Of a stretch of DNA of 64,000 bases, positions 7,648-17,204 are shown in pieces. The stretch's first letter is position 1. Every line of letters begins with the position of its first letter. The DNA is from Patescibacteria group bacterium (lineage in GTDB: Bacteria > Patescibacteriota > Patescibacteriia > UBA10025 > JAHIVO01), in assembly GCA_043808365.1 (NCBI GenBank), contig JAZDEZ010000007.1, positions 9,637 through 73,636 on the forward strand. Reading direction: 5' to 3'. The translations under genes and the position numbers were made by a program. Under the pieces are notes generated by a model. It saw nothing but the letters and a program-made list of their open reading frames with translations, was not told where the DNA came from and made no database searches.

Positions 7648-8588
7648 GTAGTGATCGGCCTTGACTGGACTATAAAAAACTTACCCTTTTCCAGCGCCCA
7701 CTCGACGTCCTGGGGGAATTTGTAGTGCTTTTCGATTCGCTCGCAGATATGCGCAATCTCAACTATCTGCTTGCCTGATAATTTCTGTTTTTCCTGCTTG
7801 TCTGTTGGTACCGCGACGGTCTTTGATCCGCCGCCTAGTTTCTGGATGATCATTTCTTTCTGGATACCAACGTTTACCTCGGCGATTCCGCCGGTTTTCT
7901 TGTCATACACATACGTATCTGGCGTGACCCGGCCGGACACGACTGATTCGCCCTGGCCCCATCCAGCTTCAATCACGATGTGGTTGCGATTTTTTGTCAC
8001 TGGGTGGGCGGTGAAGGCGATACCGGCGATTTCAGAATTGACCATTTTTTGGATAACCACAGCGACGGACACTTTTTGGTTATGTAATTTTTTTTCGATC
8101 CGGTAAAAAATCGCCCGCGGAGTAAAAAGCGACGACCAGCATGTCTTGACCGTTTCCAAGAGTTTCGTTTTCGTAACGAAGAGGTAGCTTTCTAACTCGC
8201 CGGCCCAGGAAGCGGCAGAAGAATCTTCTGCAGTGGCAGAAGATCGTACGGCGACGAACGGGGATTTTAATTTTGAAAACTCCTTCAATACTTCAATGCC
8301 AATATCTTTTGGGAATTTCGCGCTTTTAATCAGTTTGCGCAGATTTGCGGACGCAGTATCAACCGACTTGATATTTTTCGGATTGACCTTTTTTAATTCA
8401 GCCTCGATCTTTTTATCAATCCCAGTGGCTTTGACGAATTGGTCAAAAGAGCCGGCCAGCACCACGCAGCCGGGCGGCACCGGAATGCCAGCCTGAATCA
8501 TCTCGCCTAAACTGGCGCCCTTGCCGCCGGCGATGTCGACGTTCTTTTTACCGAGCTTTGTAAATGGGAGGACGAATTGGATGGGCAT
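7641..8588 (-). CDS. stand-alone PpsA/PPDK-type nucleotide-binding ATP-grasp domain protein (PPDK_N only)
   Basis: The track ORF is 7641..8636. The likely start is MPIQFVLPF at 8588. Motifs present: GGKGASLGEMIQAGIPVPPG, VAVRSSATAEDS, AGIAFTAHPVT and FPQDVEWA. The protein ends at ...FIVQSRPITTL with no swivel and no TIM-barrel domain. Confidence 0.85.
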   Translation of the reverse strand: MPIQFVLPFTKLGKKNVDIAGGKGASLGEMIQAGIPVPPGCVVLAGSFDQFVKATGIDKKIEAELKKVNPKNIKSVDTASANLRKLIKSAKFPKDIGIEVLKEFSKLKSPFVAVRSSATAEDSSAASWAGELESYLFVTKTKLLETVKTCWSSLFTPRAIFYRIEKKLHNQKVSVAVVIQKMVNSEIAGIAFTAHPVTKNRNHIVIEAGWGQGESVVSGRVTPDTYVYDKKTGGIAEVNVGIQKEMIIQKLGGGSKTVAVPTDKQEKQKLSGKQIVEIAHICERIEKHYKFPQDVEWALEKGKFFIVQSRPITTL

Positions 8589-8725
8589 AACATTTGTAAA
8601 AAATTTTAATACCTTAATTATACGTACAATCAGCAAGGATTGACAAGCTAAATTAAATATGATACTCTTCCATGAATCTGAAACTCACAAATAAATCCTT
8701 AACAAACAGAATAGGTAGGTAACTA

Positions 8726-9520
8726 ATGGATCATTCCCAATCGATTTTTGTCGAAGACAGTACTTGGGCTGAGGTCGAAGCATTCCTTAAAGCTCAGTGT
8801 AAAAATGCCATTGCCGTCTGGGGCTGGGGCGCTACGGAACAGCACGGCCCTCGGATGATCGAAGGTACCGACACTTTGATCGCTGATCATTTCATGCGCG
8901 TCATCGCGGACAACCGCCCGGTAATCGTTTTTCCGACAATGCCGATCGGCATGAGCCGGCACCACGAAGCTTTCGCGGGCACGATGTCGCTTTCTGCCGA
9001 AGCGGCTACTAGCGTCGCCTGTTGCGTTCTGCGGTCAATCTACCGGACCGGGATTAGGAAGCTCTTTGCTCTCATGGGGCATGGCGGCAACGTAGCCCCC
9101 TTCAACGGTGCCATTACGTCCCTCGGCAAGGAAATCGCCGGGCTGAAAATCACTGAACACCTTGACGGGCTCTTTTATGAGACCGAGGGCGAACTCGGCG
9201 ATCTCATCAACAACCATTTCGGCGAAAAGCCGTCCCATGCCGGCGCCCTCGAGGCGTCTGTCCTCTACGCCATTCTGGACCAGATGAAACTTGGGAGTGA
9301 AGTAAGTCGCCTGATGAATATCCCGTTTACTGACGGCATGGTCACTCCTGGTATCCATGGCCAGGGTACGCAGGGAAGTGACCCGATCGCCTTCCAGCGG
9401 ATGTTCCCCACTGGTTCCAAGGGTGACCAGCGCAAGGCCGACCTTGACTTTGGAATTCGCATCCTCGACCTGATGAGCGATAGACTCCTCGCTTACTTCG
9501 ACGAGTTCTCTAAATCGTAA
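8726..9520 (+). CDS. creatininase-family amidohydrolase
   Basis: 264-aa ORF with WGATEQHGPRMIEGTDTLIA ... MPIGMSRHHEAFAGTMSL ... LFALMGHGGN, matching the creatininase/ArfB-family pattern (EQHGP..TD; GHGGN). Confidence 0.7.
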   Translation: MDHSQSIFVEDSTWAEVEAFLKAQCKNAIAVWGWGATEQHGPRMIEGTDTLIADHFMRVIADNRPVIVFPTMPIGMSRHHEAFAGTMSLSAEAATSVACCVLRSIYRTGIRKLFALMGHGGNVAPFNGAITSLGKEIAGLKITEHLDGLFYETEGELGDLINNHFGEKPSHAGALEASVLYAILDQMKLGSEVSRLMNIPFTDGMVTPGIHGQGTQGSDPIAFQRMFPTGSKGDQRKADLDFGIRILDLMSDRLLAYFDEFSKS

Positions 9521-9550
9521 GCGTACGTTTACGGCTTAGCGACAAACAAC

Positions 9551-9587
9551 AAGAACTCACTTGAACGATCGAGTGAGTTCTTTTTTT
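9551..9587 (+). terminator. rho-independent terminator between convergent genes
   Basis: An 11-bp stem, aagaactcact (9551-9561) with agtgagttctt (9572-9582), is followed by a T-run to 9587. Confidence 0.7.
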
Positions 9588-9595
9588 CCGAAAAA

Positions 9596-10948
9596 CTAGT
9601 ACCCGATGGGCTGGCCATTGTCGATCAGTTTGAACGTCGAGCCATCTTTCCGTTCGCATTCAACTGTTGGTTCGCCACCCCGATTCAATCCGATAACCAT
9701 ATCACAATGGACCTGAGCACCGTTGAAATTCGGATCCTCTGGCGTCCGGCCAAACGATCCGTTGCTGCCGACCGCCACATGTACAGTGCCGTATTTTTTC
9801 TCACCTTCACTTGACCCCCAGTGTTTGCGCGGCTTTTCTTCCAGCGCCCTGGCATTTGTCCCAATGCCCAATTCTGCCACGCGATAAGCGTCATTCTTCA
9901 TGTTATTTCCGCTGTCCAAATAGTCTTTCCACTTTTTATGTGCTTCATCACCACCGTCAGAGGCGACAATCTGGCCACGTTCAATGCGTAAAACTAACGG
10001 CTTACCTTTATCCAAAATGTCCTGATTCACATTACCACCCGTTGGCCCGTCCACGACGAGTCGTCCTTCGCATCCCTCCCAATCCGGCGAACATGACCAT
10101 TCGCCGATCGGATAGTTAGCCACCCGACCAGGCTTGTTAACATTGCCGTCTTCAATCTCCGTTAAATCTGGCCGGACTGGCACCCACAAATCAGTGCCAA
10201 GCGGTGTGGTGATATGCACCCGTTTGACGTCCTTCATCAGCTCACTAACATTTTTTGCCCGCTCACGGAGGTTTTCCACGTTTTCCAACACTGCACCTTT
10301 AGTCAATATGTCATACGGGTTATGGCCTTTGGTGATCGAGATAACGCGCGAACCTCGTGCTTTTGCCAACTGTTTCATTTTCAACCATTGGTCATCGGGA
10401 ATGCGGCCGCCCCACCGATCGAGCTTTTCTGCCGGAAATTCGCTCATGCCCCGTTCTGATAATGATCGCATCTTATCGCTGGAAACTACCTGGTCTATAC
10501 TTTCACGCTGGGCATGCGTATCGCCCCGGATGGCCGTACCCGTCTCTTTCGAGTGAGAACGCGACATGGACGTAATGATCAGTACCGGCCGGTCGCGCAT
10601 GGCCTCGCCAATGGTTTCGTTAAGCGGCGTAGCTGATTTTGGCGAAGCTTCCGTCACCATGGTCTTAAACAGCCGAGCTGCTGTCCGTTCCTTGCCGGCT
10701 TCAGAAACTTTTCCTTGGGCCGTTAATTCGAACTCCAACGCCTTGAGCATCATGGGATTTTCCGCCATGACCTTGGTATCGGTGACTATCAAAAATTCTT
10801 CCTGGCCCGGCTGCCAATCATAACAATCGATGATGTTGCGCGCTACTTGGCGCAGCCGTTCGTGTTCCTGGTTTGTTTCAGGAGAAAATTCCCTTTCGCC
10901 GTACTGTTCTGCCAGATGACCGTATTTTGCTTCTAAATTTTCAGACAT
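9596..10948 (-). CDS. M29 (aminopeptidase T/PepS)-like metallopeptidase-fold protein
   Basis: The track ORF starts at 11032 but overlaps the upstream gene by 80 nt. The start MSENLEAKYG at 10948 lies 4 nt after that gene's stop. The C-terminal pattern ELGIGTNARA...GEKKYGTVHVAVGSNG...NGAQVHCDMVIG resembles the M29 metal-binding region. Confidence 0.5.
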   Translation of the reverse strand: MSENLEAKYGHLAEQYGEREFSPETNQEHERLRQVARNIIDCYDWQPGQEEFLIVTDTKVMAENPMMLKALEFELTAQGKVSEAGKERTAARLFKTMVTEASPKSATPLNETIGEAMRDRPVLIITSMSRSHSKETGTAIRGDTHAQRESIDQVVSSDKMRSLSERGMSEFPAEKLDRWGGRIPDDQWLKMKQLAKARGSRVISITKGHNPYDILTKGAVLENVENLRERAKNVSELMKDVKRVHITTPLGTDLWVPVRPDLTEIEDGNVNKPGRVANYPIGEWSCSPDWEGCEGRLVVDGPTGGNVNQDILDKGKPLVLRIERGQIVASDGGDEAHKKWKDYLDSGNNMKNDAYRVAELGIGTNARALEEKPRKHWGSSEGEKKYGTVHVAVGSNGSFGRTPEDPNFNGAQVHCDMVIGLNRGGEPTVECERKDGSTFKLIDNGQPIGY

Positions 10949-10952
10949 ACGA

Positions 10953-11792
10953 TTATTTTCTACTATTAGCCGTTGCCACAGCACTGACAATGTGCCAAAA
11001 AAAGTCCTTTTCATTGCGTGTTCCATCCTCATACACTACGCCCAAATCGAGATATTGGCATGTTAATAATTCCCATCCTCCCAAATATAAAAGGGCTTTC
11101 AACCAGGCATTACCCACCAGACCCATGGATGGCACGATCAAATTTGAACCGTTCCAAACTGCCGTTTCATATTCAAAATAATATTCCATAGTGTCATATC
11201 CATTTTTCCGCAAGTACTCGGCCAGCTGTGTGTTTATGGAGGCTACAGAATCGAGTGAGGGGTACTTACCAACCTTGCTGGTCGGACGGAGACTGGACAT
11301 GATGCCGATCTTCGGCTCCAGGCCGATATCCTCCCGCATATACCTGATGGTCCGCTCAACCTCGTAAATCTTGTCTTCCAGCGTTAACCCCTGGTAAATT
11401 GAAACGGTCGTAGCACAAAATGTATATGGCGCTTTATGCAGGACTGATGCTGCGACTTTACGGTTGCTGGGCAACGGATCCCGACCAAATTGGCGATGAA
11501 ACTCGTCTAAAGTGAAAGAATCTTTCACCTGGCCACGGACGATGCCATCAACCTCACCATCTTTTAATAATTTAATCAATACCCCGCTGGCCTTGTCCTC
11601 GTCCGGTTCAACGATATTATTGAAACCATCGACCCGGGCGCCAATCACGGTCAAATCGGCGAACTCTAAAGCACGCCTTAGACTATCAATTGTTTCGGGT
11701 ATGGGTCGCTTGATAGTGATGGCGATTTTCCTTTTTTGTCTTTTCGCCCGCTCAAGGAATAACGCGGGAATGTCAGGCAGGTTATTCGTCAT
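10953..11792 (-). CDS. PTA_PTB (phosphate acyl/acetyl-transferase)-like protein
   Basis: 279-aa ORF. The N-terminal part LLKDGEVDGIVRGQV and the C-terminal part NLIVPSMGLVGNAWLKALLYLGG resemble the ...aD.l.kG and PDLEAGN..YK..q..gg segments of phosphotransacetylase-family enzymes. Confidence 0.45.
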   Translation of the reverse strand: MTNNLPDIPALFLERAKRQKRKIAITIKRPIPETIDSLRRALEFADLTVIGARVDGFNNIVEPDEDKASGVLIKLLKDGEVDGIVRGQVKDSFTLDEFHRQFGRDPLPSNRKVAASVLHKAPYTFCATTVSIYQGLTLEDKIYEVERTIRYMREDIGLEPKIGIMSSLRPTSKVGKYPSLDSVASINTQLAEYLRKNGYDTMEYYFEYETAVWNGSNLIVPSMGLVGNAWLKALLYLGGWELLTCQYLDLGVVYEDGTRNEKDFFWHIVSAVATANSRK

Positions 11793-12600
11793 AGAGGTAG
11801 ACCGGCTCGCTGTACAGGCGAACTCGGTTATTAGTTAATAATATGGCTATATGCCTTTTTAAAATGAAATTTTTCTTTGCCAGAGTTTCTTTCGAACGAA
11901 GGACGGAAAATGGCAGATTGACCCGTAAGGCTCTTTGAGGGATTATATGGCGGCTGATCCCGCAGGGAATCTTATACCCGCATCGGGCAAAATGCAAAAT
12001 GTCCTTTTTTGTGAAATTTGGGAAAATTACCAGTACTCTCACCTTATCATTATTTCGAATGTCACTCAAACGTTCATTAGCAACCCGAAAAAAACGATAT
12101 TTACCACGATACGTACCAACCAACGTATTTATGGACGATAACCGATCCATCTCATTCTTCGGTGCTCGCACTCCATGCCAACCACCATTAGATGAATGCA
12201 GATAAGCAATGAACTGACGTGAACGCAAATTTCCACGAGATTGGCCTGGTAATGCAATTAGGGACTTTGCAAAGATATTTTCGATTTTTTGCCACCAATC
12301 CGCCCAATCAGGCAGTTCAACTATATGATTCCATTTATCCAAACTCACTGCGGGGTTTCGATAATCTATGATCTGCACTACAATATCCCGGAAATGGAGT
12401 TTCCGCGCCACGGCCACACGGTTGGCTCCGTCAAGTAAAACAAATTTATCGCGACCCAATCTGGCTACCAATGGTGGATTGGTAAAAATTTTTACGGTTC
12501 GAAATCTCTTTTCCAGCCTGGCAATGCGTGACGGATCGGTAGTTTCATGGTCAACAATATCCTCAAGGTGGATAATTTTAAGGTTTGGGATAAGTTTCAC
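11782..12600 (-). CDS. ParB/Srx-superfamily N-terminal domain protein
   Basis: 272-aa ORF. IIHLEDIVDHETTDPSRIARLEKRF...PPLVARLGRDKFVLLDGANRVAVARKL fits the ParB-N/sulfiredoxin fold pattern (..LlDGhHR..a). There is no HTH and no obvious partition context. Its stop overlaps the next gene by 11 nt. Confidence 0.5.
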   Translation of the reverse strand: MKLIPNLKIIHLEDIVDHETTDPSRIARLEKRFRTVKIFTNPPLVARLGRDKFVLLDGANRVAVARKLHFRDIVVQIIDYRNPAVSLDKWNHIVELPDWADWWQKIENIFAKSLIALPGQSRGNLRSRQFIAYLHSSNGGWHGVRAPKNEMDRLSSINTLVGTYRGKYRFFRVANERLSDIRNNDKVRVLVIFPNFTKKDILHFARCGYKIPCGISRHIIPQRALRVNLPFSVLRSKETLAKKNFILKRHIAILLTNNRVRLYSEPVYLYDE

Positions 12601-12603
12601 AGA

Positions 12604-14178
12604 TCAATTTTTAATAATATTTCCCGATTGTAAATCCATGGTAACTTTATCTCCAGTCCTGAACTCTATAGTAGCATTTTTCGTACCAATAATGCAGGGT
12701 AATTTCAATTCACGCGAAATAATAGCTGCATGACAGGTCAGGCCGCCTTCATCTGTAACGATGGCTGTTGCCTTGCGCAACAATGGCACGAAATCAGGCC
12801 TGGTCATACTGGCCACTAGAATCCTGCCGGGCACAAACTTTTCTTTGTGCACATCTTTGACCACCTGCACTATGCCGCTGAACTTTTTTACTGGTGCACT
12901 GGCCACTTGGCCCGCGACCACGCCTTTTTTCAGCTGGAACTGGGATTGGATAGTATGGAAAATCTTCCGTGCCTGTTGGCCATAATATACTGTCGGAACG
13001 GCCGTTTGGCCTTTCTTTTCAATAAAATACACGGAGAGCGTCTGCCGGCCACGGATATGTTTTCTGCCTAGCTTTTTTCCATGTAACAATAAGTTCTTCA
13101 CATCAATTGGCAAGTAATAACGCACGTCATGCACCGGCAACCTAAACCGTTTTGCAATCTCCAGACAATACTGGTTCAAGCAGTCATTTCCGCGCAGCAT
13201 ATAGGTTTTCCGCTCGTCAATCCACTCGCCGAAAAACTGCACTAGCTTGAAGTGTTGCATTAAGCTTCGTGAAAAACGATATTTTTTTTCCAATTGTCGG
13301 TGTGTTTTGCTCAGCCGCTTTACTTTTGTTCGTAAACTTATCAATTCACGTGTAATTTCCTTATAGGATTTATACTTCACCTCCTCTTTTACTTTAGCAA
13401 AAAAATGTTCGGCCGAAAGCCGCAAAACAGTAGCGTACGAATTATTAGTCCAGTAGAACCTCCTACTTAAAACATTCAGCGCTTTCTGCCAATGCATATC
13501 GATGTCACAGATTTTCAACCGTAGCAACAGTCTTTTTCGCGGATAAAGTCCTAATGCGATCTGTAGAATTTCCTGACGTTCCTGTTCCATAAAACTAAGA
13601 TGGGCTGGCGTGGCCATCACTCTCGTAATCTCCAACACCTGGCCCTCTCGGATATTCGGTAATTCCTTACGCACTAAGGACTCTAACTCATATGCAGTGA
13701 AAACGTCGACGCATTCTGGCGTGACTACGTAGCGTGTGAAATCTAGATAATACTTCAAAAAAAGTTTATATGATTGCCATATCTGACGGTTTGATAGCTG
13801 TCTGGCCTGTCGTGAAAAAACCAAAGCGATATCGACGAATTTCTTATCAAAATCACTAAGACGGCGCTTCTTGACAAGGTACTGAGGGTCCCTTGTAATC
13901 TGGTTATAAATATACCAATATACTTTCGCTTTCTCATCCTGCGGGGTCAATTCATGAAAAAAATCTCCGGGCGTAGACACAAAAACGGACAACGTCAAAT
14001 ACTTCGGATGGAAGTACCGGCATTGCTCAACAAAACAGTGCAATGGATACATGACAAACTGATAAACCATGGGGGATTTTTCCTCCCACCAGGTATGGCG
14101 TTTGATGACTTTTAATAATTTCTGATAATTCATTTTTTCTTCATCAAGGCTCTGTTTTTCTAATAAACTAATTCCCAA
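12604..14178 (-). CDS. swivel-domain paralog 1 of 8: divergent N-terminal domain + C-terminal PEP-utiliser mobile (phosphohistidine) domain, no ATP-grasp
   Basis: 524 aa. The C-terminus is [49 protein letters not shown]. Internal islands are FYWTNNSY, EWIDERK and EIAKRFRLPVHDVRYYLP. Confidence 0.8.
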   Translation of the reverse strand: MGISLLEKQSLDEEKMNYQKLLKVIKRHTWWEEKSPMVYQFVMYPLHCFVEQCRYFHPKYLTLSVFVSTPGDFFHELTPQDEKAKVYWYIYNQITRDPQYLVKKRRLSDFDKKFVDIALVFSRQARQLSNRQIWQSYKLFLKYYLDFTRYVVTPECVDVFTAYELESLVRKELPNIREGQVLEITRVMATPAHLSFMEQERQEILQIALGLYPRKRLLLRLKICDIDMHWQKALNVLSRRFYWTNNSYATVLRLSAEHFFAKVKEEVKYKSYKEITRELISLRTKVKRLSKTHRQLEKKYRFSRSLMQHFKLVQFFGEWIDERKTYMLRGNDCLNQYCLEIAKRFRLPVHDVRYYLPIDVKNLLLHGKKLGRKHIRGRQTLSVYFIEKKGQTAVPTVYYGQQARKIFHTIQSQFQLKKGVVAGQVASAPVKKFSGIVQVVKDVHKEKFVPGRILVASMTRPDFVPLLRKATAIVTDEGGLTCHAAIISRELKLPCIIGTKNATIEFRTGDKVTMDLQSGNIIKN

Positions 14179-14292
14179 TTCTCAAATATCCAATATCTAA
14201 TGAATACCCAATGACTGAATTACTAATAACCAATTTGACATTTAGGAATTGTGATTTCATTGGTAATTGAAAATTGGATATTGGTAATTACC
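14174..14292. repeat. CCAAT-word palindromic intergenic element, copy 2 of 3
   Basis: The sequence runs cccaattctcaaatatccaatatctaatgaatacccaat ... cattggtaattgaaaattggatattggtaattacc. It shares ccaattctc....atccaatat..aatgaat..ccaat with copy 1. Confidence 0.7.
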
Positions 14293-14293
14293 A

Positions 14294-15760
14294 TCATATC
14301 TTCCTAACTATACCACTTGTAGCGTCAACTTCAATGCGATCACCGGTCTTGAAAACTTGTGTGGCAATTTTTGTGCCGACGATGCATGGCACGCCCAGCT
14401 CGCGCGCCACAATGGCGGCGTGGCAATTCAAACCGCCGTCATCAGTGACAATAGCCGCGGCCTTATGCATGGCCGGTACGTAATCAACAGTGGTCATTGA
14501 GGCGACCAGTACGTCTCCTTTCCTGATCAACGAGTTCGCTTCTCTCGCTGACATGGCACGTAACACCCGTCCACGCACCAGACCGTGGTTTGCGGGAATG
14601 CCTCGCACTTCAGCTTCTCGCCGTGCCCGGAGCTGGTCGAGTACCAACGCCTTCACCAACCGATAGGCATGACGGCCGGTAGCTTCCTGAAATTTATTCC
14701 CGTTTATGACCCACGTCAAGCCCGTTCGACGCGCCCGCAGCACCTTCCCGGACACCCGTTCCCCCCGCGAACACAATGAACGCACCTCATCATTCATATA
14801 ATAAACAATGCTAGCAAAAGGAATCCTGAAACGCCTGGACATCTCCTGTAATGCCTTGAATACGATTTGACTGCACCGCGTCTGGCCTTCTTTACGCCAG
14901 TCATGGAGCTGGGAAAATTGGTCGAGGATGGCGAAATACCGCCACAAAATTTTTCTCGGTAAATGGTACTTTCGGAATATCCGAGCCCGCTGCCGTAAAA
15001 TATCTGTTGCATAATTATCTATACGCCGTGCCATCGCACGCCTCTTGCCAGTTGACATTTTTTTTAACGGCCGTAAATCCCGACGCGCCTTTTCAGGCGT
15101 GATCACATGGCCGCCATCCCAACTCATCACGATCCAGTCAAGCCGGTTGAGTACATCTGTGAAATCCAACATTGAAACATATTGCTTACCGCTCAACCGC
15201 AATAACTCACGCTGATATTGCTGAACGACTGAAAGGTAGGCTGGCTTCATCATAGTGATCAAACCTCCTGGATCTGCAACCAAATGTCTATACGGCTCCA
15301 ATGCTTTGGCTAAAATCCCATCGAAATAATCATCAAAAAGATCGACCGTATATTCGGACAAGGTGATATTGTCCCAAAACATCCTCTTGCCTCGGGCATA
15401 TATTACATACAACTCCCTATCCGAAAGCCGCTCCGCGCGTAACATTTTATGCTTGAGGTCCGGCAGAGCAATGCGCATTTTATTCAGTGTCCGCTCAAAC
15501 TGCCTGACAAAACGAGAAAATACTCCCGGACGATGAATCCAGGCGCTGAACCAGCGGTGGAATTTCTTCTCCATCAGGTCCAGGTCTCTTGCCCACCAAA
15601 AATTATTGCCCACAAAAGACATCACCTCATAATGCCGAGAAAAATACGGATACTGCCTGACGTCACGCCTAAAAATCAGGTCAAGATAGGCAGAGATGCC
15701 CTGTGGGTAAACGCGGTCCCTAACGTAAACACGCCAATTGGTTTTTTTCACGTTTTTCAT
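14294..15760 (-). CDS. swivel-domain paralog 2 of 8
   Basis: 488 aa. The C-terminus is GDVLVASMTTVDYVPAMHKAAAIVTDDGGLNCHAAIVARELGVPCIVGT. The start overlaps the stop of paralog 3 by 4 nt. Confidence 0.8.
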   Translation of the reverse strand: MKNVKKTNWRVYVRDRVYPQGISAYLDLIFRRDVRQYPYFSRHYEVMSFVGNNFWWARDLDLMEKKFHRWFSAWIHRPGVFSRFVRQFERTLNKMRIALPDLKHKMLRAERLSDRELYVIYARGKRMFWDNITLSEYTVDLFDDYFDGILAKALEPYRHLVADPGGLITMMKPAYLSVVQQYQRELLRLSGKQYVSMLDFTDVLNRLDWIVMSWDGGHVITPEKARRDLRPLKKMSTGKRRAMARRIDNYATDILRQRARIFRKYHLPRKILWRYFAILDQFSQLHDWRKEGQTRCSQIVFKALQEMSRRFRIPFASIVYYMNDEVRSLCSRGERVSGKVLRARRTGLTWVINGNKFQEATGRHAYRLVKALVLDQLRARREAEVRGIPANHGLVRGRVLRAMSAREANSLIRKGDVLVASMTTVDYVPAMHKAAAIVTDDGGLNCHAAIVARELGVPCIVGTKIATQVFKTGDRIEVDATSGIVRKI

Positions 15761-17199
15761 CTGACGATTCTTACGATACCATGGTTAGCCCGCACCTCCA
15801 CGGTCATCCCGTCTTTTAACACTTTGGTGCCGACTTTTGTCCCGATGACACATGGGATGTTCAATTCACGGGCAACAATGGCTGCATGGCACGTGATGCC
15901 CCCTTCGTCAGTAACAATGGCGGAGGCTTTTTTTAAGGCAGGCATGAATTCCGGACGGGTCATGGAAGCCACAATCACGTCACCGCGACCGACTTTGGCA
16001 ATGGACAAAATATTTTTACAGACAATAACCCGTCCCATGGCCGTCCCGCCATTGGCTACTGTCCCATGGATGGCGCTCCCCGTAGAAGACGAGCGCTTCT
16101 CGACTTTACGCAGCAACGACACTAACCGCCGATACTCCCTACCGCTAGCCATATATTCATTGTTCCCTGCTAAAAGAACCAGGCATCCCCTCTGCCGAAC
16201 TATAAGCTCGTGCCGCAAACCAGCCACATCGTCAATCGATCGCAACCCGAACACCTCATTCACTCCCAACTGGTATATACATGATAATGGTAATCGTACC
16301 CGTCGGGCAACCTCTTTGGCCAATGTGTCCAAATAGGAAACATTCATAAGAATGTTCGCTTTACGGTCGTCTTGCCAAATGGTCGTGAAGTCAACCAAAC
16401 TGATCAACTCTTGGACATGCTTATTTAGTTTTAAACTGGCGATTAGAGCCTTCTTTTGCCGTTTTGCCTCATTGAACTTTTCCACATGCACACCGCGGGC
16501 CGCGTACAGCCGCCGCTGGAAATCTTTGACTGTCAGATGCTTCGGTCCAGTGTAACTGTTCTGGATCCAATAGTATCTCTTTACGTGGGACAACAGTCTT
16601 TTCTGTTGTTTGGATCGCGGCGATAAGGCTATTTGGTGCAACTCCGCTTCCTGTCGGCTTATAAAAGACGATTCTGACGGGGCGGTCAACGTGGTATACA
16701 GCTGGTTGAAATCCAGCCGCGGCCCGACTGCTTGCAGCAGGGCTATTTTGAACTCTTTTTCTACGGACATCCCAATCGACTCCACCAGATGCCCGACGCC
16801 GACCGTGTCGATCTGCGCCTGGAAGCTGGCTTTGAACCAAGCGACTAGCTCCTTTTCTGATAACTTTTTCAAATCTAACCGCCAAATTCTTACTTGTAAT
16901 GCAGAAACTGATTTTATCTTTGAATAATATAAACGCTTTACCTTTTCCAAATATTTCCTGTCGCGGATCATTTTGCGTCTCACGGTTTGCCAAATCTTTT
17001 TTATGTCCGTATTCAAATACGCCATTTCTCCATAACCGTTCTGGTAGTGGAATAAAAAAGCCGAATACCCAAAACCCAGATCCTTGGCCATGTGAATACC
17101 ACTAATGGCCGAGGGTCCTAAATACAGCGGCACGGCATTGAAACCCTGGATGTACCAATCTTTCTTAATGGACTTTTTTATTTTTTGCAGTGAAGTCAT
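15757..17199 (-). CDS. swivel-domain paralog 3 of 8
   Basis: 480 aa. The C-terminus is GDVIVASMTRPEFMPALKKASAIVTDEGGITCHAAIVARELNIPCVIGT. Internal islands are YYWIQNSY and IWQDDRK. Confidence 0.8.
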   Translation of the reverse strand: MTSLQKIKKSIKKDWYIQGFNAVPLYLGPSAISGIHMAKDLGFGYSAFLFHYQNGYGEMAYLNTDIKKIWQTVRRKMIRDRKYLEKVKRLYYSKIKSVSALQVRIWRLDLKKLSEKELVAWFKASFQAQIDTVGVGHLVESIGMSVEKEFKIALLQAVGPRLDFNQLYTTLTAPSESSFISRQEAELHQIALSPRSKQQKRLLSHVKRYYWIQNSYTGPKHLTVKDFQRRLYAARGVHVEKFNEAKRQKKALIASLKLNKHVQELISLVDFTTIWQDDRKANILMNVSYLDTLAKEVARRVRLPLSCIYQLGVNEVFGLRSIDDVAGLRHELIVRQRGCLVLLAGNNEYMASGREYRRLVSLLRKVEKRSSSTGSAIHGTVANGGTAMGRVIVCKNILSIAKVGRGDVIVASMTRPEFMPALKKASAIVTDEGGITCHAAIVARELNIPCVIGTKVGTKVLKDGMTVEVRANHGIVRIVR

Positions 17200-17204
17200 A
17201 TTGA

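Noticed and set aside
8640-8668. TTGACA with a 17-nt spacer and TACTCT, read as a promoter for the creatininase-family gene.
   Set aside because: The -10 hexamer matches the consensus at only 3 of 6 positions, and the better TATGAT is only 12 nt from the -35 box. That is too weak to report as a feature.
10949-11032. An N-terminal 28-codon extension of the M29-like ORF (track start 11032).
   Set aside because: It overlaps the upstream PTA-like gene by 80 nt. An ATG at 10948 sits 4 nt after that gene's stop and gives a sensible N-terminus (MSENLEAKYG).
15449-16336. A 295-aa plus-strand ORF, plus similar plus-strand ORFs at 14274..14483, 17238..17516, 18934..19317, 20637..21119, 23813..24115 and 25512..25760. 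They share a recurring motif (..VPT(M/T)(H/Q)G..(S/N)SR.TMAAW.(V/F).PPSS..).
   Set aside because: They lie exactly antisense to the conserved swivel-domain coding segments of the minus-strand paralogs. The shared motif is the reverse-complement shadow of GG.TCHAAIV.REL..PC..GT. The minus-strand products carry the real domain signatures.
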